Shown in pieces: positions 11,401 through 19,434 of a stretch of 64,000 nt of DNA (position 1 is its first letter; every line of letters begins with the position of its first letter). The DNA lies in NCBI GenBank assembly GCA_964632485.1, contig CAZWDO010000005.1, forward strand, positions 20,249-84,248, written 5' to 3'. Position numbers and translations under genes: made by a program. A model generated the notes under the pieces. It was not told the DNA's origin. It did no database searches and was given only the letters and a program-made list of their open reading frames with translations. The DNA comes from an uncultured bacterium. GTDB taxonomy: Bacteria; JAGOEH01.

Positions 11401-12958
11401 GGAAGCGGACAGCGCTATTACATTGGGACTTCTCAATGACGGCGAAATCGCACTCATCATTGAATCAATCACAGTAACACCGCCGCCAAACGACAGTTTC
11501 TCGCTGAACATTACCCTGCCCGACGACTCCACTATCGCGCCCGGCGATAGCGCCACTATCGACTTCACTTTCACTGCCACACAGGTTGCCGATTTCCAGG
11601 GTGAAATTAACTTTACCTACGCCAATTTATTAACAACAACTGAAAAGATTGCGCCAAGTACCCTTGATTTTAAAGCCGCAGTCTCCGGTCAATCTCTGGC
11701 TATTCCCCGGGTTATCGAGAAAACTGTCGATTTTGCGATCCGAAAACTGGGTCAATCGATCGATACATCGCTCACCCTGAGCAATCCCGGCTGCTATCCC
11801 CTCACAATCCTTGAACTCAGCATTATCGGAGCGGACGCCGTTCATTTCACCTTCCCACAGCCGCCGCAGCTACCCTTTTCCATCGCGGCCCTGGACAGCC
11901 TTCAATTGCCCCCGATCCGCTTCACCCCTCCCGACACGCTGCTTAAAACCGCCCAAATGATCATCAAAAGCGATGATCCCATCCATCCCGATACTACCCT
12001 CTCCCTGCGCGCTTTACGGCAATATCCCCTGCTGGAAATCAATTCGTCTTTCGATTACACCTCCGATTCGCTTTGCATTCACGATCAACACGACTACACC
12101 CTACGCTTTAAAAATACAGGTTACCAGCCGCTGACCATCAATTCCGCCATATTCAATCCTTCAGTATTCTATCATTACGACGCGCCTTCCACTCCATTTC
12201 CACCCTCACCCACCCAACATTATGAAATGGATTTCACCTTCAATCTATCAAGCAACTCAATCGGCGACTGGAACGACACTCTGATTATTTACAGCAACTC
12301 GTTCTATTCACCCGACACCGTCGCTCTGCATTTAAGAAGCTATGGCCAACAGCTTTATTTACCGACCGACCGCTACGACATGCAGTATCACATTCAGTAT
12401 TCCCAGAATCCGGGAAATATTGATACAGTGAGAATCTGCAATTCCGGATGTTATCAACTCCTGATTACCGGCCTGGCACTCCTGGACAACGCGAATTTCC
12501 ATTATGTAACCGCTCCCGCCCTCCCATTAACCATCAACGCGAATAACTGCCACGAACTCCCCATCGCCTTTTATCCGGACAGCGCTGGCGACACGGCGGG
12601 CATACTTCTCATCAATAGCGACGACCCCGCCCACTTAAGAGATACGGTCGTTCTCACCGGAATCATTACCGAGGAAGAATATGAAAAAAATCTGGTCTAT
12701 CCACTGGTTTGCACGCCAAAAACCCTGGACGGTAAAAACGATTTCATCGATTTTTTATTCTATGATAAAAATCATCCGCAAGCGGAAGTATTGATTTTCG
12801 ACAAAATGGGCCGTAAAGTTGCCACAATCCGGCAGGCTCCCTATCGCTGGAACGGCAAAGATGAACATAATGACTGGGTACCCCCCGGAGTTTATCTGTT
12901 TTATATAAAAGATCAACACACTATCTTCAAAAAAGGCAGTGTTCTGGTAGTTTACTAA
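8438..12958 (+). CDS. giant secreted repeat adhesin with T9SS type B (CHU_C / gliding-motility-associated) C-terminal domain
   Basis: TTG start with AAGGAG RBS. Signal peptide present. About 10 tandem ~110-aa domains each carry an 'N-x-G-x-x-x-L-x-I' motif (e.g. LTITNQGECYHLRIDSL, VRLTNQGCWPLIIDSI, LTLSNPGCYPLTILEL). C-terminus 'CTPKTLDGKNDFIDFLFYDK...LIFDKMGRKV...WNGKDE...GVYLFYIKD...KGSVLVVY' matches the type B CTD. Confidence 0.7.
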   Translation: MRIYLLILLSIWIAGIETVWADPPEWDTVTVTINPKGCLWFAGQGNANVKIVRNTKEFFDSLPDCQADSVNIPPWAHFFSVQSIGTFSSDGAFDKTYLMGSNRAQYFIDTTRYDIGPERDYKNNYSDYGIAIMASAPNGALAGVFLSDQSPPLNSSIDTVNAFCEWQTDTRALHHPFYIGQANEFIPVNPQATRLFFGPLDIEYNNNNHGLKQPLRDTMKVTILFSADTSTVSLFPRVKSVESGQREICYDDSTILNIDLNSLSMIKPNFTIEVHSQLIPEWILTDRINQVLNYQFSLKLTIKPDSTKRYSRIDTANFRLIHPQKTYYKIIFDPTSPRNCDSQLVYCTLRDSINTQYTTYDTLAFEIPITVKAQELGGDLLADTIDFTPDETLYLPPWAADTPLDTTLTITNQGECYHLRIDSLTLRNPQDSLTPPPDSVLQPDEETQFKVRMNLTPDSTQTLFLDTLTLAWNDPTRSPRQTILKANAGYWNIEMIPPDSLVIDSCLNLPSILSELTVKNSGNTNYLTIYRIRAAVDSNDSSRFSITIPWDTLTDGSLRPWSIHAGFSLKRPFSASLKLPGLYRTEFSIISNDRETDSLIYPVIFHIRGSEPEILIESPSPESHTLDFDSLKTGEERTDSVRLTNQGCWPLIIDSIRRKGPHSDEFIIGTMLNYYISLKAPILELDTFSVPIVFTPLSQGVRSDSVIIYYDSFTYVDYDTLTFAGGHRATADTIVLTGYGIAPELTVNNAELRLNGECIHSPSLDTLWLHNTGDASLFIDTVIFSDPVLSGNWTNSDYQDSLIIYKTIPPQDSLALYVEFTPDTTGFFNSSGQSNLRIHTNIYPADSAWREYALHSDSIRGQEIALRSLEGDEPFSRIEFPPPGVGNRADTVFAIANTGCAQLTIAEINIQPWFHHERGDLPLTLAPNDTVLIPVYFQPHDTLTQTRALHIISNDPNFRDTTIILGGHAGYPVPTFSAVSINFDSICVEADSAITLGLLNDGEIALIIESITVTPPPNDSFSLNITLPDDSTIAPGDSATIDFTFTATQVADFQGEINFTYANLLTTTEKIAPSTLDFKAAVSGQSLAIPRVIEKTVDFAIRKLGQSIDTSLTLSNPGCYPLTILELSIIGADAVHFTFPQPPQLPFSIAALDSLQLPPIRFTPPDTLLKTAQMIIKSDDPIHPDTTLSLRALRQYPLLEINSSFDYTSDSLCIHDQHDYTLRFKNTGYQPLTINSAIFNPSVFYHYDAPSTPFPPSPTQHYEMDFTFNLSSNSIGDWNDTLIIYSNSFYSPDTVALHLRSYGQQLYLPTDRYDMQYHIQYSQNPGNIDTVRICNSGCYQLLITGLALLDNANFHYVTAPALPLTINANNCHELPIAFYPDSAGDTAGILLINSDDPAHLRDTVVLTGIITEEEYEKNLVYPLVCTPKTLDGKNDFIDFLFYDKNHPQAEVLIFDKMGRKVATIRQAPYRWNGKDEHNDWVPPGVYLFYIKDQHTIFKKGSVLVVY
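9650..12700 (+). repeat. tandem intragenic domain repeats (ASH / choice-of-anchor-like Ig-fold units) inside the adhesin gene
   Basis: Recurrent N-x-G-[CY]-x-x-L-x-I motifs at roughly 110-120 aa periodicity in the translated product. Boundaries are approximate. Confidence 0.45.
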
Positions 12959-13087
12959 AAGCCCCGAAAATCGCGAACCCTCAAAAAAAGCAAACCACTC
13001 AATGTCCCTCAAATCCAAACAACATCCGGGGAAAAATCGGAAAGAGATTCATATTAGTTAGCATAACCGATAGAACGGGAGCATAGC

Positions 13088-15298
13088 ATGAAAGCGATGA
13101 CACGCAGGCAAGTATTGACGGGGGATATTTTTGGCGGGTTGACCTCAATGTTGGTCGCATTGCCTTCGGCAATCGCGTTTGGCCTGATCATCTATGCGCC
13201 ATTGGGCGCCGAATATTCCGGCGCTGCGGCGATTGGCGGCATTCTGGGAACGATTGTCCTGGGATTAGTAGCGCCTTTTATCGGTGGAACGGCCCGGTTA
13301 GTGACGGCTCCCTGCGCGCCCGCGGCCGCCGTACTTTCGCTTTTCGTCGCTGAATTGCTGAGCAACCCCGCCATATCGACTGCCTCCATACCCATTTTTA
13401 TCATCCTGGTAACACTTCTTACGGGCATAACACAATTCGGTATCGGCAAAATCGGTGGCGGCAAATTCATTAAATATATCCCTTATCCCGTAGTGGCCGG
13501 CTATCTCAGCGGGGTCGGCGTTCTGATCATTCTGGGCCAGTTGCCCAAAATGCTGGGATTGCCCAAAGATATGCCCCTCCTGAAGGGATTACTGCAGACA
13601 ACTGCCTGGAATGCGATTCATATTACCATTGGACTCGCCACAATCGCCATGATGATTATCGCGCCAAAAATTATTAAAAAAATTCCGGCGGCAATTGTCG
13701 CTCTACTCTTTGGTATTGTCACTTATTTCCTCTTTGCGCTACGTCAGCCCCAGCTTCTATCCATGGAGACTAATTCTTTTATCATCGGTTCGATATCGGC
13801 TTCCATTTCAGTTATTGCTCATACGATATTCACCAACTGGCTAAAAATTCTGGAGATGAGCGCGGGAGGTATTCCATTATTAATAGTGCCCGCGCTGACA
13901 TTGGCAGTGCTGCTCTCGATTGACACGCTGAAAACCTGTGTAGTACTGGACGCGTTAACCCAAAGCCGGCACAATTCCAACCGCGAACTGATGGGCCAGG
14001 GCATGGGCAACCTGGCCTGCTCCGTCGTAGGCGGCATTCCGGGCGCCGGCACCATGGGCGCTACCTTGGTCAATCTCACCAGCGGGGGTCAAACCAAGCT
14101 CTCCGGGTTCCTTGTCGGCATTTTCTCCATTCTGGCGCTGGTATTGCTGGGGAAATTGATCGCCTGGATACCCATCGCCGCGCTGGCCGGTATTCTAATC
14201 GTTGTGGGTGTCCGCATGATCGACATGAAAAGCATTAAATTACTCGGCCATAAATCCACGATACTCGATTTTTTCGTTATTCTGGCGGTTATCATATCCG
14301 CAGTAACGCTCAACTTAATCGCTGCGGCGGGTGTCGGCATCGCCATGGCGATCCTGCTCTTCCTGCGCGAACAAATCCGCTCTTCAGTTGTACGGCGGCG
14401 CTTTTTCGGCAACCAAACCTTCTCCAAAAGAAAACGCATCTCTTCCGAAATGACCATTTTAGAAAATACCGGTAAAAAAACCATTATCTTCGAAATCCAG
14501 GGCTCACTCTTTTTTGGCACCACTGACCAGTTATTTACCGAATTGGAGCCTTTTTTCTCCCGTTGTAAATATATCATCATTGATATGCGCCGGGTACTTT
14601 CCCTCGACTATACCGCAGCGAATATGCTGCGCCAAATCCACACCCGCGTCAAGGAAAATGAAGGCTATCTCGTTCTTTCCTCCTTGCCTCTGAGCCTGCC
14701 TACCGGACAAAACATTAAAAGCTATCTGATTGAACTGGGATTCTCCGAGGACGAAATGAATTTGCGATTTTTCCCCGAACTCAATGCCGGATTGGAGTGG
14801 GTCGAGGATGAACTGCTCCGTGAATCCATTTTAAAAGCCGGAAATAAAATTGAAAAACTTGAAATCGGGGGATTTGAATTTTTCCAAAATGCGTCCCCAC
14901 GCGCCATTGAAACCTTCCGCCAACTGATGAAATCCCAGCATTTTAAACCCGGAGAACCAATTTTCACCTATCATGATAAAAGCAGTGAAATCTATTTTAT
15001 TCGCAAAGGTTCCATCAAAATAATACTGCCGCTGCATAATGAAATGGTCTATCATATCGCGACATTCACACGGGGGGATTTTTTTGGCGATATGGCCTTT
15101 CTCGATAAAAGTGTCCGTTCTGCCGACGCGATCGCCGAAGATGAAGTCGATCTTTTTATACTTTCCCGCGATGAATTTGATCTAACACTCCAGAATTTCC
15201 CTGAGATCGCGGGTATTTTTTTCGAAAAGCTGGCGCTGGCTCTCGCGCAACGACTGCGGCTCACCAATATCGAACTGATGGCGCTGGAAGAAAATTAA
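13088..15298 (+). CDS. SulP/SLC26-family anion transporter fused to STAS and cyclic-nucleotide-binding domains
   Basis: GGGAG RBS. N-terminal SulP membrane domain ('LTSMLVALPSAIAFGLI'). STAS segment ('IIFEIQGSLFFGTTDQL...IIIDMRRV'). C-terminal Crp-like cNMP domain ('FIRKGSIKIILP...FTRGDFFGDMAFLD...RSADAIA'). Confidence 0.75.
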   Translation: MKAMTRRQVLTGDIFGGLTSMLVALPSAIAFGLIIYAPLGAEYSGAAAIGGILGTIVLGLVAPFIGGTARLVTAPCAPAAAVLSLFVAELLSNPAISTASIPIFIILVTLLTGITQFGIGKIGGGKFIKYIPYPVVAGYLSGVGVLIILGQLPKMLGLPKDMPLLKGLLQTTAWNAIHITIGLATIAMMIIAPKIIKKIPAAIVALLFGIVTYFLFALRQPQLLSMETNSFIIGSISASISVIAHTIFTNWLKILEMSAGGIPLLIVPALTLAVLLSIDTLKTCVVLDALTQSRHNSNRELMGQGMGNLACSVVGGIPGAGTMGATLVNLTSGGQTKLSGFLVGIFSILALVLLGKLIAWIPIAALAGILIVVGVRMIDMKSIKLLGHKSTILDFFVILAVIISAVTLNLIAAAGVGIAMAILLFLREQIRSSVVRRRFFGNQTFSKRKRISSEMTILENTGKKTIIFEIQGSLFFGTTDQLFTELEPFFSRCKYIIIDMRRVLSLDYTAANMLRQIHTRVKENEGYLVLSSLPLSLPTGQNIKSYLIELGFSEDEMNLRFFPELNAGLEWVEDELLRESILKAGNKIEKLEIGGFEFFQNASPRAIETFRQLMKSQHFKPGEPIFTYHDKSSEIYFIRKGSIKIILPLHNEMVYHIATFTRGDFFGDMAFLDKSVRSADAIAEDEVDLFILSRDEFDLTLQNFPEIAGIFFEKLALALAQRLRLTNIELMALEEN

Positions 15299-15425
15299 TC
15301 CCCCTCTCTCTCCGGCTTGTAACTGGTTGTAGTTTGTTCAAACCCGTTTCCCTTTACCCATCTCCTGCCTGAAAACTCCACCGCCATCTATATGATCTCA
15401 AACCCGATAATAAAAAATATTCTAT

Positions 15426-15454
15426 TTGACAAAAGTAACTAATTTTCGTATATT
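15426..15454 (+). promoter_or_regulatory. sigma70-type promoter TTGACA-17-TATATT upstream of the HEXXH protease gene
   Basis: TTGACA 15426-15431, 17-nt spacer, TATATT 15449-15454. About 185 nt upstream of the ATG at 15639. Confidence 0.4.
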
Positions 15455-15638
15455 AATACCCGGCGCCAAATGTTGTTGAATCTAAAAATTGCATTTGATC
15501 TTATATGAAGCCGACAATTCTTTGTCCGACAAATGAGCAACACATTCTGCCCGGACACCGGATGCACCATTCCCGCCCTTGGCCGTTGTCGTCTGGCGGG
15601 ATTATCATCTTTCTCCAATCCAACCCCAGGAGTACTCC

Positions 15639-17465
15639 ATGAAAACCCGTTTCATATCCCAGTGGTATATGTTGATCAGTTTAATCTGTCTCATCTTGAT
15701 TAACTCGAATCCGCTCGATACGATCGCTGAAACGACAGCTCTCAATCCTGACCGGCAGTTGTCGGAACGGTTGACTCAGGATATTTTAGCCGTCAGACAG
15801 GGAGCCACACAGGGCCATGGACGCGATCTGACCCACTTACTGTTAGAAGCGAAACGGCACTGGAACGAATTAACACCCCAGGCGCAAGAACTACTGAAAC
15901 CAATGATGGACCGCCCGATCGGCCTGGATTCTTATTATCGGCCGGCAACCGGATTTTTTCAATTCTGGTTCACCCTCTCCGACGATGACGCCGTGGATCC
16001 TACCGACGAGAATAGCAACGACATACCCGATTATATCGAGTCGATGGCCGCCGAATTCGAAAACATCAAAGGTATCTATTCTCAGGCCGGCTTCAATCTG
16101 CCGCCCAAAGTCGATGCCGACGGCTATGTTTCCAATTACTACGATGTGTACATCTCCAGCTCCGAAGCGGGTGACGGGGTGTACGGCTATGTATCCGGGG
16201 AATATGAAATTGGAGATAATCCCACATCGACTATCACCGAATACAATTCGATATCATCCTTCATGGTCATGCGCAGTGAATACACCGATTTCGGCGAGAC
16301 GCCCCAGGCGCGTATCAATGCCATGAAAGTGACCGCCGCCCATGAGTTTTTTCATTCCGTGCAAATGGGATACGACGGGTTGAACATGACCGGTTTTCTG
16401 ATGGAAATCAGTTCCACCTGGTCGGAAGACTGGGTTTATCCCGGGTTGGACGATAATTTCCAGTATCTGCCGACCCTGTTCCAGGCGCCGGATATCGCGC
16501 TCGATTACCGCGATAATAGCGGCTATAACGATGAATTTAACGGCCATTGGTATTCGAGTTGGCTTTATATGCGATATTTGACGGAACATACTTCTCCCGC
16601 CGTTATCCGCGACATGTATGAGAACTGCATCACCATGAGCGAGTTGGCCGCCATGGACGCCGCTTTGAGCAATTATGGGAACAGCTTTTTCAATTCCGTC
16701 GTGGCGTTCTACATGGCGATGGGAACGCTCAGCTCCAACAGCTCCGTCTGTGTGGACCTGACGTTCTCACGCGCGGAGGATTACCGCGCCGCCGTTTCCG
16801 GAGTCAGTTTCGAGAACACACTCGCTTATTCCGGTTCCCCGGTCAGCTATACCAGCGATGGCGACGGCAATGGCCGATTAATGCGCTTCGGAGCCGATTA
16901 TATTAAAATCACTGCCACGCAAAACTTTTCTGTTACTTTGGAACACAACAACAACGAAATGGATGCCGCGGCGCTTATCCTGAAAATGGACCGCGACAAC
17001 AACCCCACCAGACTCGGAATTGTCAACGGGGAACAGCAAGGCAACATCATAACTCTGAATGTCGATGACGCCAGTCAATATAGCTCGTTTATCCTGACCA
17101 TTGTCAATCTGGCGGAAACCACCGATGACGTGATGATGGATTATGCGCTGGAAATTTCTCAGGGACAAACATCGGTAGCTGAAATCAAACCCAACCCGGC
17201 CGATCACATTCAGCTTTACACCAATTATCCCAATCCATTCAATTCTTCTACTATGATCCGTTATTATCTGCCCTGCGCCCAAACTATCACAATCGACCTG
17301 TATGATCTGCTAGGCAACCGCATAGAACGGGTATTCGAAGGTGCCAAACCCGCCGGCGAACACTCTCTGCTCTATCAATCCCGGAATTTGAGCAGCGGTC
17401 AGTACTTTCTCCGCTTGAACACTCAGAAAGGTATCCAGCACATTAAACTATCATATCTTAAATAG
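15639..17465 (+). CDS. secreted HEXXH zinc metallopeptidase (family undetermined) with T9SS type A C-terminal domain
   Basis: AGGAG RBS 6 nt before ATG 15639. The track start at 15579 lacks an RBS. Signal peptide present. 'TAAHEFFHSVQ' zinc motif. C-terminus 'NYPNPFNSSTMIRYYLP...SGQYFLRL...IKLSYLK'. Confidence 0.65.
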   Translation: MKTRFISQWYMLISLICLILINSNPLDTIAETTALNPDRQLSERLTQDILAVRQGATQGHGRDLTHLLLEAKRHWNELTPQAQELLKPMMDRPIGLDSYYRPATGFFQFWFTLSDDDAVDPTDENSNDIPDYIESMAAEFENIKGIYSQAGFNLPPKVDADGYVSNYYDVYISSSEAGDGVYGYVSGEYEIGDNPTSTITEYNSISSFMVMRSEYTDFGETPQARINAMKVTAAHEFFHSVQMGYDGLNMTGFLMEISSTWSEDWVYPGLDDNFQYLPTLFQAPDIALDYRDNSGYNDEFNGHWYSSWLYMRYLTEHTSPAVIRDMYENCITMSELAAMDAALSNYGNSFFNSVVAFYMAMGTLSSNSSVCVDLTFSRAEDYRAAVSGVSFENTLAYSGSPVSYTSDGDGNGRLMRFGADYIKITATQNFSVTLEHNNNEMDAAALILKMDRDNNPTRLGIVNGEQQGNIITLNVDDASQYSSFILTIVNLAETTDDVMMDYALEISQGQTSVAEIKPNPADHIQLYTNYPNPFNSSTMIRYYLPCAQTITIDLYDLLGNRIERVFEGAKPAGEHSLLYQSRNLSSGQYFLRLNTQKGIQHIKLSYLK

Positions 17466-17475
17466 AGGCTTGTCG

Positions 17476-17964
17476 ATGAACTGGAAATTAATCTATCAAT
17501 CCGGCTGGCTGCTCTGTGGAATCTGTCTTTTTGCGACGTGCCACACGTCCCGGAAAGAGGCATCGTCCCTGCACATAGCGCCCGAGCAAATGCCGATAAT
17601 CCAAATGACCAAAACCCCCTGCCGGGGTCAATGCCCTGTCTATACGTTCGACATTTTCGTTGATGGAACCTGCCGTCTGAAAGGGCGGCAGCATCTACCG
17701 TGGATAGGAAAATTCCACGCCACATTGTCCGAAACAAATCTGACGCGTATCCGAACCCTTTTCTCAGAAGCGCGTCTGGATACACTGAACCATGAATACC
17801 TGTCAACCGCCCGCGATCTGCCGACCACTGTCATCTCCTTGCCCGATTCGACATCCGGCATCAAAATTCGCTTCCAACGGCATGCCAATGCGCCAGAACT
17901 CCTTTTCGAGCTGGAACAGGAACTCGCGCGGATAGTTGATACGATAAACTGGGTAAAAGACTGA
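17476..17964 (+). CDS. hypothetical exported/membrane-anchored protein with Cys-rich N-terminus
   Basis: ATG 17476 after an AGAGG RBS-like site. Hydrophobic N-terminus 'LLCGICLFATC' and a 'CRGQCPVY' motif. No confident family assignment. Confidence 0.4.
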   Translation: MNWKLIYQSGWLLCGICLFATCHTSRKEASSLHIAPEQMPIIQMTKTPCRGQCPVYTFDIFVDGTCRLKGRQHLPWIGKFHATLSETNLTRIRTLFSEARLDTLNHEYLSTARDLPTTVISLPDSTSGIKIRFQRHANAPELLFELEQELARIVDTINWVKD

Positions 17965-17969
17965 ACGCC

Positions 17970-19010
17970 CTATTCAATCCATGACTGGTCCGGCGCATTT
18001 TCCTGGCTGATCAGGGACCGAAAATTCTCAATATGGTAATCCTTGCCATACGTAATGAGAATATCGCCTACTTGTAGCAACGTCATGGGAGATGGATTGA
18101 TAATCAGTTTATCCCGGTCTTTCAATTTGATTCCCAGGATCATCACATCCACAATCGCTATAATTTTGATATCCTTAATAAATTTATTCACCAGAAACGA
18201 TTTTTCAGGAATCACAATTTCGTCCATGATCAGAATTTCGTTATTCTCCTTGATCATCAGTTCCAGAAACGAAACAACAGTAGGTTTAAGCGCATACGCC
18301 GCCAAACGCAAACCACCTATCATCGTAGCGGAAACAATATGATTGGCGCCTACTTTGCGTAATTTTTTCTCGCTTGATTCCAGATGACAAATGGAAATGA
18401 TCGTTAACTGCGTGTTCAATCCCCGCGCGCTGATGATTAAAAAAAGATTGTCTTCATCACGGTTCAGTACGGTAATAACTCCCCGAGCCTGATGTATGTT
18501 TAATATCTCCATCGTTTCTTCCAACAAGGGATCACCAACATAAATATCGATATTATCCGACAACAGCAATAATTCATTTTTAAACTTTTCATCGGAGGTA
18601 ACAACGACAAATGGCTGGTCCGAATTAATAAACTCCATTATAACATATTTTCCGATAATGCTATCAACACAAATAATGTAATGATTATACAATTTTTTTA
18701 GCTTATTTTTCATGCGTTTATCCCTTAGATATTGGTTGAAATGGCCTTCCACCAAAAAATTTGCGGTTTGAACGGAAATATAGGCAACGATACCAATCCC
18801 TGAGAAACTCAAACCGATTATCACCAATTTGGTGGCGAAACCGGGGGGCGATATCTCTCTAAATCCGACCGTCGTCAAGGTAATCACCACCATGTATAGT
18901 GAATCTATCCAGGACCAGCCTTCTAAAAGATGAAACAGGGCCATGGATGACAACGTAATGATGAGCAGAGAGAATACCGCTACTTTTAGTTTTTTCTCAA
19001 GTGTCAGCAC
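17970..19010 (-). CDS. two-TM pore-type potassium-channel-like protein with TrkA-N/RCK and TrkA-C domains
   Basis: GTG start with GAGGA RBS. Pore helix/filter 'VVITLTTVGFREISP' with atypical GFR in place of GYGD. Cytoplasmic RCK (TrkA_N) and TrkA_C-like regions. Confidence 0.6.
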   Translation of the reverse strand: MLTLEKKLKVAVFSLLIITLSSMALFHLLEGWSWIDSLYMVVITLTTVGFREISPPGFATKLVIIGLSFSGIGIVAYISVQTANFLVEGHFNQYLRDKRMKNKLKKLYNHYIICVDSIIGKYVIMEFINSDQPFVVVTSDEKFKNELLLLSDNIDIYVGDPLLEETMEILNIHQARGVITVLNRDEDNLFLIISARGLNTQLTIISICHLESSEKKLRKVGANHIVSATMIGGLRLAAYALKPTVVSFLELMIKENNEILIMDEIVIPEKSFLVNKFIKDIKIIAIVDVMILGIKLKDRDKLIINPSPMTLLQVGDILITYGKDYHIENFRSLISQENAPDQSWIE

Positions 19011-19350
19011 AAATCATCCTCACACAGATATTGCGCATTCCATCCGATCCTTCCTCAAAATTTTCCTCATAGAGAACACCAGGTTTGAATTGCAATTGTT
19101 TTTACACATGTCGATATTTTAACCTAAAAAAAGATATTTGTCAAGTAATTTCTATATCAGTATAAAAGTTTAAATAATTGCCGTCTATTCTGATGGAAGT
19201 GGAAAACCGGCTACACTTCTTTAGCGTTATAATTTGGAGGATATCCCATAAATTGAAAAAAGAGTGGAATAATGCTCGCTTATCACGGATTAAAGAGGCG
19301 GGCGCGGAAAGATTAGTCAAGGAAAATATAATTTTCAATTTTTTTTTTAC

Positions 19351-19379
19351 TTGACAATTTCAAAAAAAACAAGTATAAA
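19351..19379 (+). promoter_or_regulatory. sigma70-type promoter TTGACA-17-TATAAA with upstream T-tract (UP-like) for the GGDEF gene
   Basis: TTGACA 19351-19356, 17-nt spacer, TATAAA 19374-19379, preceded by T10. The TGGAG RBS and ATG 19435 lie about 50 nt downstream. Confidence 0.4.
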
Positions 19380-19434
19380 TAGATATTGTCTATTAAATTG
19401 TCAATTCGTAGTAACCTACTGTATGGAGCTCTGA

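Noticed and set aside
9432-11845. Several antisense and alternative-frame ORFs inside the adhesin gene (9461-9820, 10877-11185, 11248-11580 and others)
   Set aside because: Embedded in the 1506-aa ORF. Compositionally biased translations with no RBS.
19141-19338. 65-aa minus-strand ORF in the K-channel / GGDEF spacer
   Set aside because: No RBS. Spans the promoter -35/-10 elements and T-tract. Low-complexity translation. The plus-strand 53-aa ORF with its own promoter is the better candidate and is reported as a finding.
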